64,000 nucleotides of DNA from Candidatus Dojkabacteria bacterium. Lineage in GTDB: Bacteria; Patescibacteriota; Dojkabacteria; B142; OLB20. The notes beneath the pieces were generated by a model. It had not been told where the DNA came from, did no database searches, and saw only the letters and a list, made by a program, of their open reading frames with translations. The stretch spans positions 850,209 to 914,208 of the forward strand of contig CP129475.1 of NCBI GenBank assembly GCA_030583785.1, written 5' to 3'. Within the stretch, counting starts at the first letter, position 1; the number at the start of each line of letters is the position of its first letter. The translations under genes and the position numbers were made by a program. Positions 1-9,863 of the stretch are shown here, in pieces.

Positions 1-1241
1 AGGTTGAAATCCTTGAAAAGGGATCAGAGGTCGGAGGCCTTGCAGGCGGATTTAAGATAGCCGGAACCTCACTTGAAAAAACATATCACCATCTGTTCAA
101 AACAGATACAGATATTATCGCCCTAGCTCAAGAGCTTGGCATCGCAGATAAACTGAAATGGCATAAAAGCTCTATTGAGATATTCTACAATCATAGGCTC
201 TATCCGTTTTCTACACCTCTTGATCTGTTAAGATTCTCTCCTTTAGGATTAATATCGCGACTGCGTCTAGCTTTTGTTATCTTACTTTTAAGAACTCGGA
301 CCAACTTTGCTGGATTAATCAGAATCTCTGCATATGATTGGATGTTGAAATATGCAGGCCAAGAAGCCATGAAAGTGATTTGGCAGCCTTTGTTGCTTGG
401 AAAATTCTCAAGATATTATAAAAAGATTTCAATGGCATGGTTATGGGCAAGACTGCATACTCGAGCCAAATCACGCAAACCAGGGGAATCTTTTGAAAGA
501 CTAGGTTATTTTACGGGAGGATTTTCTACATTCACGAATTCCTTGGTAGAAAAGATCGAAGCATTAGGATCTAAGATTTCTATCAATACAGAAGTACAAG
601 AAATCATCTCCAGCAAGGATTCTGTTCAAGTTAAAACATCTATTGGAGAAAAGAAATACGATAGGCTGATCGTAACTGCTCCTTCAGGTATATTCGCAAA
701 GATGATTGCAAATCAACCTCAGGCAAAAAGTGACTATTTGAAACTACTGAATTCAATAGATTATTTATCTGCTGTCGTCTTAGTATTTTCTTCTAACCAG
801 AACATCGGAAAATCTTACTGGTATAACATAAACGATACCAGTATGCCTTTTCTGGTTTTCATTAATCACACAAATTTAATCGATAAACAAGAATATAATG
901 GCAAGTACATCTATTACATCGGGGCTTACTTACCACTAGATGATTCGCTTCTAAAAAAGAGTGATGATGAAATAATAAACCTATGGTTAACTTCTCTTCA
1001 GAAGGTTTTTTCTGAATTTAAACATGAAGAGATTATCGAAAAGCACTTATTTAGATTTGCCTATGCTCAGCACATAGTCACCACGAACTATCAGGAGTTA
1101 ATCCCCGATTACAAGACGCCACTAGTTAATGTTTACCTTGCAAATTTCTCGCAAATATTCCCTGAAGATCGAGGAACAAATTACGCAGTTAGAGAGGGGA
1201 AGAAGATCGCCGATCTTGTCGCTGGTTCTCAAGTACTTTGA
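1..1241 (+). CDS. FAD/NAD(P)-binding amine-oxidase-family oxidoreductase (5'-partial, continues upstream of the window)
   Basis: Frame 3 from nt 3 (VEILEKGSEVGGLAGGFKIAG...) is open and in frame with the 342..1241 ORF. Flavoprotein-oxidoreductase-like sequence character; no Met needed because the true start lies upstream. Confidence 0.5.
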   Translation, partial: VEILEKGSEVGGLAGGFKIAGTSLEKTYHHLFKTDTDIIALAQELGIADKLKWHKSSIEIFYNHRLYPFSTPLDLLRFSPLGLISRLRLAFVILLLRTRTNFAGLIRISAYDWMLKYAGQEAMKVIWQPLLLGKFSRYYKKISMAWLWARLHTRAKSRKPGESFERLGYFTGGFSTFTNSLVEKIEALGSKISINTEVQEIISSKDSVQVKTSIGEKKYDRLIVTAPSGIFAKMIANQPQAKSDYLKLLNSIDYLSAVVLVFSSNQNIGKSYWYNINDTSMPFLVFINHTNLIDKQEYNGKYIYYIGAYLPLDDSLLKKSDDEIINLWLTSLQKVFSEFKHEEIIEKHLFRFAYAQHIVTTNYQELIPDYKTPLVNVYLANFSQIFPEDRGTNYAVREGKKIADLVAGSQVL

Positions 1242-1776
1242 TTTTGTTTTCCAGATCTGCCACTTTCTTTTTCAAGCTTGAAGTGGCAAATGCACCTTCA
1301 AATGAGTAGCTTATATAAATTGTGGCAATCATTCCGATTATTGAAACCGCTAATGCGGCAACTCGTATTATGCCTGCGATTAGATCAACTAATCCCGGAT
1401 AAACTCCTTGTTCCAGAAAGCTTTTTGTACTTTGATCTGTAGGGCTATTATCTCCAAATAAGTTTCCGAGACTATTAAAAATATTTGAAGGAAGGTTAAT
1501 TATCGAATCGAGTGATTTATCTGCTTCAATGATTGACTGGTAAGTTCCATTTGCTTTCAAGGCCGAGTCGGCAATAGTCGAAAACAGTTGTGGAATAAAT
1601 AATGCAGAAAGCATAATTGCAGCACAAACTGGAAAGCTGATCTTTATAAGTAAGGCTAAAACGCTCATTAGCTTTGACCTAAGCATATAGATAAGGCTAA
1701 GCAGAGCAAGAAGCAACAAAAAGATAAGAGTAATTGGATCCATAAAACAATTATAACAAACTAGCGACATGTGCAT
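1189..1776 (-). CDS. hypothetical membrane protein with C-terminal coiled coil
   Basis: ORF of 195 aa with 3-4 predicted TM segments and a heptad-like C-terminal stretch (KKKVADLENKIKVLENQ). Its 3' end overlaps the convergent gene by about 50 nt. Start uncertain (possibly an internal Met). Confidence 0.4.
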   Translation of the reverse strand: MHMSLVCYNCFMDPITLIFLLLLALLSLIYMLRSKLMSVLALLIKISFPVCAAIMLSALFIPQLFSTIADSALKANGTYQSIIEADKSLDSIINLPSNIFNSLGNLFGDNSPTDQSTKSFLEQGVYPGLVDLIAGIIRVAALAVSIIGMIATIYISYSFEGAFATSSLKKKVADLENKIKVLENQRQDRRSSSPL

Positions 1777-1832
1777 AATGTTGTTATCTCAATTATATGA
1801 ATCTATAATATGTATTATTTGTTATCTGATGA

Positions 1833-2090
1833 GTGATGGATAAACTGCTCGCTCTTAGGATTATCTTTTTTATTTCGATTGCCGGACTTTTGTTTTCCGG
1901 ATACCTCAGTTATATGGATCTCTTTGCTGAAGGAGGATGCTCTGATGCAATAGTCTCGTGCGGTACTAAAGATTTCTCACTATTAGGTTTGCCAGCATGT
2001 GTATATGGATTTGTCATGTATTTGATAATCTTTTCTATCACAGCTGCATCTCTATTCATAAAGCTGTCTACAAAATCTAAGAAAAAATAA
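1833..2090 (+). CDS. VKOR-like (vitamin K epoxide reductase family) N-terminal fragment; possible truncated gene or pseudogene
   Basis: 85 aa with TM1, a loop Cys pair (C-x6-C: CSDAIVSC), the F-x3-G-L-P-x4-G-x3-Y half-helix and TM2. The TM3/TM4 CXXC active-site half is absent; the ORF stops at 2090 and no continuation exists in another frame. Confidence 0.4.
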   Translation: MMDKLLALRIIFFISIAGLLFSGYLSYMDLFAEGGCSDAIVSCGTKDFSLLGLPACVYGFVMYLIIFSITAASLFIKLSTKSKKK

Positions 2091-2136
2091 GTCTAGTCTT
2101 TTTTGTCTTGGTCGGGTAAAATGTCTATAAAGACAT

Positions 2137-3480
2137 ATGGTTACAAAGTGGGGCACAATTTCGAGAGCTCGCTTTTTAGCAACAGGGTTTGCAGTGCTTC
2201 TAGCGTTAATTCCATTCGTGTTCGATACATCTTTCGCTCCTAAGGGTTGGGAACTACCTAAGGTTGCTGCAATTCAGATATTTCTACTCTTACTTCTTTC
2301 GATTTACGCTTTGTCATGCATTGTTCTGCTTCGTCCTGGACGCAAACTTATGTACAGAAGAGATAAAATCCTACTGGTAGTTTTACTAATATTCTCTTTT
2401 TCTTCTTTTGTGTCTCAGTTTACTTATAATTTAAGACTTGATCAGCTTTATAATCCTCTTTATCAGCGGATATTAGACCCTTCATCGGGTGAATATACGA
2501 TTCATATGGCGATCTTCGGTAATCAGTTCCGAGAGACAGGACTCATTACCATGTCAATTCTATTTGCAACAGCCTGGGTGGCAATGCGCGAGATTCGTTC
2601 AAGACATCTGCCTTTTATGTTTGCCGCGCTTGGTGGAGGAGCCTTGCTTCAAGCAATTTTTGGCATCATGCAGTTTCTGGTAATAGGTCTTCAAAATACA
2701 GAAAGATTTGCCGATGGTTTGGTTGTATACGGAACATTCGGGCAGAATAATTTCTATTCTGGATACTTACTTTGCGGACTTGTTGCAACTGCCTACTTTC
2801 TTGCCAATAAAGATGCCAAGATTCGGCTAATCTCACTTATTAGTTCAATCATAATTATTCTAGGGATATTACTCTCACTTTCATATTTTGCCTGGATCGT
2901 TATGATTCTACTGGTAGCAATCGTTATCAGAGAGGGCCTTTCCAAACAAAAATCGCTATTTCTCCGTCAAAAGCCTGTAATAATTGCTGTTGCATTGTTG
3001 TCTTTACCAATGGCGATATTATTATTGCAATTATTCCCGGACTATCTTCATAGAATCAATATCTGGAAAGCCGTGCTTCAACAGTACATTATCATCCCCA
3101 TGCAAGATCCCTCGCTTATGAATACCGTTAGGTTATTCTTTGGCAGCGGATTTGATACTTTGCAGGAATTCCTTTATCGTGCGATAGAGCTATCAGGATC
3201 AAATATCGACAGGTCTCACAACATAATATTTGATGTGCTTGCCTTTACTGGAGTCTTCGGCTTGGTAGTAATGGCCTTTCTGGCAAGAAAGGCTATCAAA
3301 ATATCTATTTCAAGCAGATCAAGACAAATTGATTTTGCAGTAATTTTGGTTTTTATCTGGTTTGTGCGTTCGTTAGTTCACACTAGCTCTATTCTTAATT
3401 TACTAGTAGCTTTCATTTTTGTTGGTGCACTCATAGGCGCTGCCTCAGATCTTCCTTCGCGTAAAGCCTTAAAGAAATAG
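2137..3480 (+). CDS. O-antigen ligase / O-antigen polymerase (Wzy_C) family polytopic membrane protein
   Basis: 447 aa with at least 10 hydrophobic segments and a periplasmic-loop motif (DRSHNIIFDVLAFTGVFGLV) typical of the WaaL/Wzy_C family. Confidence 0.55.
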   Translation: MVTKWGTISRARFLATGFAVLLALIPFVFDTSFAPKGWELPKVAAIQIFLLLLLSIYALSCIVLLRPGRKLMYRRDKILLVVLLIFSFSSFVSQFTYNLRLDQLYNPLYQRILDPSSGEYTIHMAIFGNQFRETGLITMSILFATAWVAMREIRSRHLPFMFAALGGGALLQAIFGIMQFLVIGLQNTERFADGLVVYGTFGQNNFYSGYLLCGLVATAYFLANKDAKIRLISLISSIIIILGILLSLSYFAWIVMILLVAIVIREGLSKQKSLFLRQKPVIIAVALLSLPMAILLLQLFPDYLHRINIWKAVLQQYIIIPMQDPSLMNTVRLFFGSGFDTLQEFLYRAIELSGSNIDRSHNIIFDVLAFTGVFGLVVMAFLARKAIKISISSRSRQIDFAVILVFIWFVRSLVHTSSILNLLVAFIFVGALIGAASDLPSRKALKK

Positions 3481-3498
3481 TCCTCTGCTTAAGGATAT

Positions 3499-5280
3499 TT
3501 AATACAGACCATCGTTACTGCTAATCCAGTCAATCGTTGATCCAGTAACGATTCTTCCAAAACTTTTATCTGATCTATCAAACATCTTATAGCTAATATC
3601 TGCTATCCATTCATCCTTACCGTATCCAGTAATTTTGTAAGAATACCCATCGTTGCTGAAAGCAAGATTTGAGGTATAAGCGTAATAGGTAAATCCTCCA
3701 TAGGAGTTAGGATAAGACACAGGATACGAATCCATATAGGAAACCGGATAAGAGTAGAAATATTCAAACTCGAAAACTCTCTTTAGCACAGATGTCTGAG
3801 CGTCATTTATTGTCAACAAAGTCGCCTCTTCTTGGTAGGCAGGAGTACCGTTCGTTAAACTATTGAGTAGGTAAAAAGGTGTTAGTTCCTTTGGAAAGAT
3901 CTCGATAGTTAGCGAATCGTTGTTCTCGTTCCAAGTATTAATAACTACAAGGGGAGAATTATAGAAGCTTTCCATAACTAGATCGAATCTCTTTTGTCCA
4001 CGCTCGGTTTCTGGATAGTATTCTCTTTGTAGATAGTAGCGTATACCTTCTGGTTGAGAAGATGGGAAATCTCTGCCATATACAACTAGTTGATCAAATT
4101 CTGGATCCGAAGGCAGAACATAGGTGAAATCCGACTCGTTCAAGTAGTTATTAATGTTTTCGTTGTGTTCATTGATGTCAAATTCGTATGCAGTATAGTC
4201 GATAAGCTGTTGACTACCCTCGTAGGTAAATCTAAAGATTGCGTTTGCTTCATCAAGGGTGATAGTTTTTTCTTCTCTGTCAATTTCTTCTCTTGAGATT
4301 AGGTTCTCAGAATTGACTGAATCTATATACATTGCAGACTCAACAATCGCGTAGTCTGAAGAATCCACTGTCATTCTTATAATAAAAGTCTTGTCTGGTT
4401 GAGAATAACCTGATGTATTGCAGTAGCCTTCGTAAGATAATTCCACAACATAATAGCTTTGTCCATTTAGAACAAAACTATCTACAACTGAACTGTTGTA
4501 ACCGAAGTATTCTGGGACAGTGTAAGATACTGGTTCTTGTGTATAGCTATCGGGTGTTTCAATGTAATTTGTGTAGTCAGGATCTGGAGTGTAGACCATT
4601 TTTGCGTAAATTGAACCTCCCGCATATGAATAATACTCATGGATATCAGAACCGTACAAGCCAAGCGAGAAATCATCAAGCTGGTCATTATATGTTCTTG
4701 TATAGGTGTGGTATGAGTGGTTGTTATCAAAATATTCTTGGTAAACTGCTACAACTGGATTGTCTTCGATTGGCATGTAATTTGAGCAGCTGTTGTAGGC
4801 CGCTCCTGGGTATGTTACAGAAGTTACGGTTCTAAAGTTATAGCGACTTATATCCGGAGCAGGATTATCTTCTGGTGTGACTTTTTCGACTTGACCATTT
4901 TCGTAGTGTTTTGGTGCAGGTATTTTTGATTTACTTACTGGAGAAAGAGGTTCCTCTTTGATCTGGATCGGCTCCGTTGCTCTTTTTTTTGCATCAGAAC
5001 TAACAGATACTTGAGGCTTTTCGTCTAAATTGCCAATTACTATTCCCTGAGGATTGTTTTTGACTATCTCTGTGATTATTTCAAGTTCTTTTTCTGGAGA
5101 AATCTCATCCTTGATTTCTTTTACCGGTCTGGCATTTATGATAAGGAGGAATACTACGACAATCAGTGAAAGCCCTAGTCCAAGAGCTATTCCGAGAGCA
5201 CTGTAAAGTTTTCGCTTGTCGTTGACGATGCTTTTAATAAAATCATTCATTTTCTGAGAATTAATATAATTATTAGTCAA
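3499..5280 (-). CDS. hypothetical Tyr-rich secreted/membrane-anchored protein
   Basis: 593 aa with an N-terminal signal-anchor (LGIALGLGLSLIVVVFLLII) followed by a Pro/Lys-rich linker. The C-terminal ~400 aa are extremely Tyr/Ser/Asn-rich. No recognised domain. Confidence 0.5.
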   Translation of the reverse strand: MTNNYINSQKMNDFIKSIVNDKRKLYSALGIALGLGLSLIVVVFLLIINARPVKEIKDEISPEKELEIITEIVKNNPQGIVIGNLDEKPQVSVSSDAKKRATEPIQIKEEPLSPVSKSKIPAPKHYENGQVEKVTPEDNPAPDISRYNFRTVTSVTYPGAAYNSCSNYMPIEDNPVVAVYQEYFDNNHSYHTYTRTYNDQLDDFSLGLYGSDIHEYYSYAGGSIYAKMVYTPDPDYTNYIETPDSYTQEPVSYTVPEYFGYNSSVVDSFVLNGQSYYVVELSYEGYCNTSGYSQPDKTFIIRMTVDSSDYAIVESAMYIDSVNSENLISREEIDREEKTITLDEANAIFRFTYEGSQQLIDYTAYEFDINEHNENINNYLNESDFTYVLPSDPEFDQLVVYGRDFPSSQPEGIRYYLQREYYPETERGQKRFDLVMESFYNSPLVVINTWNENNDSLTIEIFPKELTPFYLLNSLTNGTPAYQEEATLLTINDAQTSVLKRVFEFEYFYSYPVSYMDSYPVSYPNSYGGFTYYAYTSNLAFSNDGYSYKITGYGKDEWIADISYKMFDRSDKSFGRIVTGSTIDWISSNDGLY

Positions 5281-5378
5281 TCTAATGTTACATACAATTG
5301 TATATAAGAATTTCGGCGATTAATAGTGTAAACTTAGCAAAGACGAGTCGTTATTCTAACAATAATCATTATTAGCTT

Positions 5379-7202
5379 ATGTGTGGAATTGTAGGGTTTA
5401 CAGGCAGTGATAAACAATTACTAGAAAGTATGCTTAGTTCGATTGAGCACAGAGGTCCAGACGGCCAAGGGACACATCTTGACGATAAAGTATCTCTTGG
5501 TATGCGCAGGTTAGCAATCATCGATCCAAACACCGGTTGGCAGCCAATTTGGAACAAAGATAACAGCAGATGCATTATCTTCAACGGAGAAATTTACAAT
5601 TACGCAGATATAAGAAGAGAACTTGTTAAGAGTGGCATGACCTTTAGAACAGATCATTCGGATACAGAAGCTGTTCTTCTCGGTTACGATCTCTGGAAAG
5701 AAGATATCCTAAAAAAACTAAGGGGGATGTTTGCTTTTGCAATCTATGATGTCAAAAAGAATGAATTGTTCATTGCCAGAGACAGGCTTGGAATTAAGCC
5801 TCTATACTATTATCAGCAAAACGATGTGTTCTATTTCGCTTCGGAAATAAAAGCTTTACTGCAGATTCCTGGCTATAAACGCAGAGCCAATAAGCAATCT
5901 CTATTTAATTATTTAAAGTATCGTGTCCACGATGCAGATGAAAAAACTTTTTTTGAAGGCATAAATAGATTAGATGCGGCGCATTACATAAAAGTTAATT
6001 CTGCAGGCAAGATTACGTCAAAAAATAAGTATTGGAATCCAGAAGTTAACTTCGGATTTAATAGTAAAAAAAGTGACTCTGAATATGCGAATGAACTCAG
6101 AGAGATTTATGTTGATACAGTTAGAATGCACTTAGTGTCAGATGTCCCTGTCGGAATATCTTTGTCTGGCGGTCTTGATTCAACGGGAGTGGCAGCAATT
6201 ACAAAGCAGCTTATCGAACAAAGCAGTGCAACGATCCATACAGATAAAATGCATACCTTTTCCGTAATCTACCCCGATGCTTCAATGAACGAAGAGAATT
6301 ACATAGATATTGCTGCAGATTTTGTTAAATCAGAAAAACATATCATTAAGCCAACCGTAGATGCTTTCTGGCAGGAGATCGAAGATTGGATTTATACACA
6401 AGAAGAACCAACAATAAGTTCTGGACCTTATGCAAATTACAATGTCATGCGCGAAGCTTCCAAGTATGTCAAAGTGATGCTATCAGGACAAGGAGGGGAC
6501 GAGCTGTTTGCCGGCTATATTCCATACTTCAGCAGTTACATTCAGTCTGCTTTAGAAGCAAATAGATACGATGCTTTAGCTAGAGAGTTTCTTAAGGGAG
6601 CAGATCTTTATTTCCCTTATCTACTGCAGGTAGCGAAAAAGAAAATTGCACGAAGCAAATCTGTTCAAGCAGAAGATCTAATCTCGTCAAAGGTTTTTGC
6701 GGGTTTCAAATTCGGTTATACCCCATCAAAGGGCTTAAATCAGCGCTTGTTTGAAGACCTAACAAAGTATAGTGTCCCGAATCTGCTCAGATACGAAGAT
6801 AAAAACTCGATGAGATTTTCTGTCGAAGGCAGAGTTCCTTTTCTTGACCATGTCTTGGTTGAATACATACTCACGCTCCCAGTTGACCAAAAGATTAAGA
6901 ATGGATGGAATAGATATGTTTATCGCAATGCTCTAGTAGGATATCTTCCCAAAGAAATCGAAAAAAGGAGAAAGAAAGTTGGATTCACTACTCCAGAGAG
7001 TGATTGGATGAGGCAGAAAGCAGATCGAATAATCAAAGAATTCTCATCAGACGAATTTAATTCGCTTGGATTATTCTCACAAGAAAGAGTATTGGCAGAG
7101 TTTAAGGCATGGGCAAATGGACGAAATAATTCTGATCCACTGCTATTTTGGCGTATTCTTAATGTCCATTTGTGGGCAAAAATATATAACATCAGCGTAT
7201 AA
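5379..7202 (+). CDS. asnB: asparagine synthase (glutamine-hydrolysing)
   Basis: N-terminal MCGIVGF (Cys2 nucleophile of class-II glutamine amidotransferases), an SGGLDS PP-loop, and a 607-aa length typical of AsnB. Confidence 0.9.
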   Translation: MCGIVGFTGSDKQLLESMLSSIEHRGPDGQGTHLDDKVSLGMRRLAIIDPNTGWQPIWNKDNSRCIIFNGEIYNYADIRRELVKSGMTFRTDHSDTEAVLLGYDLWKEDILKKLRGMFAFAIYDVKKNELFIARDRLGIKPLYYYQQNDVFYFASEIKALLQIPGYKRRANKQSLFNYLKYRVHDADEKTFFEGINRLDAAHYIKVNSAGKITSKNKYWNPEVNFGFNSKKSDSEYANELREIYVDTVRMHLVSDVPVGISLSGGLDSTGVAAITKQLIEQSSATIHTDKMHTFSVIYPDASMNEENYIDIAADFVKSEKHIIKPTVDAFWQEIEDWIYTQEEPTISSGPYANYNVMREASKYVKVMLSGQGGDELFAGYIPYFSSYIQSALEANRYDALAREFLKGADLYFPYLLQVAKKKIARSKSVQAEDLISSKVFAGFKFGYTPSKGLNQRLFEDLTKYSVPNLLRYEDKNSMRFSVEGRVPFLDHVLVEYILTLPVDQKIKNGWNRYVYRNALVGYLPKEIEKRRKKVGFTTPESDWMRQKADRIIKEFSSDEFNSLGLFSQERVLAEFKAWANGRNNSDPLLFWRILNVHLWAKIYNISV

Positions 7203-7206
7203 CTCC

Positions 7207-7920
7207 ATGAATCTTCCCAAACCCAATAAAGGCAAACCTTTGTTTCTGGAAATTGAAGGACGCAAGGTTTACAGATATCCAATCAAAACACAAATAATCC
7301 TGTCCGGTGACAATCTTTACGAAATTGTTGCTAAAGCAGTGCAACCATTCTTGAAAGAATTTGATAAAGGAAGATTATTTGTTGGTGTTACTGAAAAGGC
7401 TGTTGCGTCATCTCAGGGAAGGGGTTTTCCAATTAGCGAAATAAAACCCGGAAGACTTGCTAATTTTCTGACTAAGTATGTTCATAAATCAAAGTTCGGC
7501 ATCGGTCTGGGTAGTCCAGAAACAATGCAGATAGCTATTCAAGAGGCTGGCGCTTTAAGAATAATCTTTGCTTCGGCAGTTGCAGCAGTTACTAAACTCT
7601 TTGGAATCAAGGGAATGTTTTATCGACTCGCTGGTAATGTTGTTAGATCAATCGACGGACCAGTTGCCTACGCCTTGCCGCCATTTAATACCTATGCGGT
7701 TCTTGGTGCAAAAGACGGTGACAAAGTAGCCGCCAAATTGTCTCAAATGCTTAAGGTCCCAACATTCATTGCCGATTCAAATGATATTGGAGTGAATATT
7801 ATTGGTAGTAGTAGTATCGAAAAGAACGAACTATCAATTATTAAGCTGGCCTATCAAGACAATTTCTGGGGAAATACAGATGAGCAAACACCTGTTGCTA
7901 TTATATATTGGCAGGATTAG
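7207..7920 (+). CDS. CofE / F420-0:gamma-glutamyl-ligase-like family protein (uncertain)
   Basis: ATG at 7207 lies immediately after the asnB stop; the 5' extension of the tracked ORF overlaps asnB. The motif ILSGDNLYEIV...VGVTEKAVASSQGR resembles the CofE-family N-terminus. Confidence 0.4.
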   Translation: MNLPKPNKGKPLFLEIEGRKVYRYPIKTQIILSGDNLYEIVAKAVQPFLKEFDKGRLFVGVTEKAVASSQGRGFPISEIKPGRLANFLTKYVHKSKFGIGLGSPETMQIAIQEAGALRIIFASAVAAVTKLFGIKGMFYRLAGNVVRSIDGPVAYALPPFNTYAVLGAKDGDKVAAKLSQMLKVPTFIADSNDIGVNIIGSSSIEKNELSIIKLAYQDNFWGNTDEQTPVAIIYWQD

Positions 7921-7950
7921 TGTATAATTCGAGTAGTTACTCGAATTGGT

Positions 7951-8544
7951 ATGCAAAGAAAACAAGATAAGATCGAAAAGATTCTTAAATCTGCAGAAAA
8001 GCTTTTTTCAGCGAATTACTACCATAATGTCTCAACAAATCATATCGCCGACTTAAGTGGTATTCCAATAGGAACATTGTACGGCTATTTCTCCAGGAAA
8101 TCAGAAATAGCTGAAGAGATTATTAATTCATACATTAATCAAACGGATCAGATATTTCTTAGAATCAAGAAGCAAAGAGGAAATAGTATTGTTGATGCAG
8201 CAAGAGGTCTAATCTCGGAATCGGTAAGACAAATAGAAACTAGTCCTTTCGTACTCGAGGTGATGATTATGTCTTCCATGGATTATTATCCGGAGGAACT
8301 AACAGGACCGCTCATGCTTTTTCGTAAGCGCTGGCAAGATAACCTTTGTTCAATTCAATCCTTAAGTTTTATGTCAGCAAAGGCTACACGACTGGCCTAT
8401 TCATATTTTGTAAGCCATGTCTGTGCAAGTAATCAGATTCGATTTGTTGAGGCAGAAGCAGTTGATCATTTAGCAAGGTACTTTGATTTTCTTCGCACAA
8501 ATGACCCGGCTGCTAGATTACTATTCGCGGAAAGAATAGACTAA
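7951..8544 (+). CDS. TetR-family transcriptional regulator
   Basis: N-terminal HTH (VSTNHIADLSGIPIGTLYGYFSRKSEI) typical of TetR_N; 197 aa. Confidence 0.7.
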   Translation: MQRKQDKIEKILKSAEKLFSANYYHNVSTNHIADLSGIPIGTLYGYFSRKSEIAEEIINSYINQTDQIFLRIKKQRGNSIVDAARGLISESVRQIETSPFVLEVMIMSSMDYYPEELTGPLMLFRKRWQDNLCSIQSLSFMSAKATRLAYSYFVSHVCASNQIRFVEAEAVDHLARYFDFLRTNDPAARLLFAERID

Positions 8545-8613
8545 TACTCGAATTTGTTGCGTACTGTTACTGCAGATAGTAATATTTTTGTAATATCAAT
8601 AAAAATTACTATT

Positions 8614-9438
8614 ATGTTGACTAGCAACTCAAGTTCTACCAAGCCGGTTCGAGTAGTAGATGAGAAGGGCATAGATAGTAAAACTTTCGCCTTGAATTTC
8701 GTACTTTTCTTACTTGTATTCATTCCCCTTGGGGTACTTCTGCATTTCTATTTCTCAAGTCCAAATGCCCCTGTCTTTAGTGGGTTTAATTCTCTATTTG
8801 GGATCAATGTCATTACAGAAGATGTTGATTCAGATAATAACGATGATTCCGAAAAAAGGGGTAGTGGAGCATTTGACGATTTTTTGGATGAATTTTCTAA
8901 GAAATCATATGAGGTCACAACAGAGGGAACTATTCTACTTTCGGGAAATACCGTATTTAACTTCAGTCTAGATGACATTAACTATTTCTACGATAGGGGA
9001 AAGCTTATAATGGCAGAATTCTCTTCTGGCAGGGCACTCCTGTTGGACACGGATTCTGGATATATCGTCTTAGATAGAACTAGGAATACTGCTACTAGCA
9101 ATGTCCCATTTTCATCTTTAATTAAATTCCTGACACCTCTTGTCGATCCTTTGTATCTTTTGTCTGGAGAGTATTCTGTTGGAAACTTAAACCTGGAATC
9201 TAACAAAGAAGGTATATTGACCGGAGAATATAACTTCGTAAACTACTCCAACTTCGCAAACGAATCTTTAGAAATACAGATCAGTTTTGATGAGAATTCA
9301 AAACTGATAAATTCTATTCAATTATTAACACCTGAAAAAGAAAAAGTCGCCGAAATCAAATACGAGTTCAATGAGATTGAATCTATAGATATTGGATTAA
9401 ACGATGATTATCAATTCATATCATATATATCAGAATGA
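8614..9438 (+). CDS. hypothetical membrane-anchored protein with acidic region
   Basis: ORF with ATG at 8614 (the tracked ORF begins at a TTG at 8554). It has one TM segment, an Asp-rich segment, and stop-start overlap (ATGA) with the next gene. Confidence 0.45.
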   Translation: MLTSNSSSTKPVRVVDEKGIDSKTFALNFVLFLLVFIPLGVLLHFYFSSPNAPVFSGFNSLFGINVITEDVDSDNNDDSEKRGSGAFDDFLDEFSKKSYEVTTEGTILLSGNTVFNFSLDDINYFYDRGKLIMAEFSSGRALLLDTDSGYIVLDRTRNTATSNVPFSSLIKFLTPLVDPLYLLSGEYSVGNLNLESNKEGILTGEYNFVNYSNFANESLEIQISFDENSKLINSIQLLTPEKEKVAEIKYEFNEIESIDIGLNDDYQFISYISE

Positions 9439-9863
9439 GGGACTATGAAGTTCTCGTCCTAGTTGCTTCCCTTGTCTGTGTTTTTGGACTGTTTATTATT
9501 GGAACCTTTGTTTCTGCCGGTTCTCGAAAACAGAGCTGGAGATATGATCTATATAAACGGTTGAAGAAAGCAAAATTAAAAAAGGTGAATAGTAAACCAG
9601 AAGCAATTGCTGTTCTTATCGAAGCACATGCCTTATTTGACAGATTGTTAGTGGGTATTGGAGCAGAAGGGAGTACACTGGGTGAAAGGTTGTCCAATAT
9701 GCGAAGATACTTTACAAAAGAAGATTATCAAGAACTGCGAGAAGCAAATCGACTGAGGAATATTGTAGTTCATGAACCAGAGACTGTTGTGTATGCGAAA
9801 CAGATCAAGCACGCAAAGAGTGTATTCTTAAATATTGCAGTCAAATACCTAAAGCATCAATGA
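9435..9863 (+). CDS. hypothetical TM-anchored protein; weak HEPN-like R-N-x3-H motif
   Basis: 142 aa with an N-terminal TM. The C-terminal helical region contains EANRLRNIVVHE (R-N-x-x-x-H). Confidence 0.4.
   Translation: MRDYEVLVLVASLVCVFGLFIIGTFVSAGSRKQSWRYDLYKRLKKAKLKKVNSKPEAIAVLIEAHALFDRLLVGIGAEGSTLGERLSNMRRYFTKEDYQELREANRLRNIVVHEPETVVYAKQIKHAKSVFLNIAVKYLKHQ

Noticed and set aside
2489-2683. 64-aa ORF in an alternative frame within the O-antigen-ligase-family gene
   Set aside because: It is fully nested in a longer ORF with consistent membrane-protein features.
4090-4835. Three ORFs antisense to the Tyr-rich gene
   Set aside because: They are nested antisense in a long ORF with low-complexity translation.
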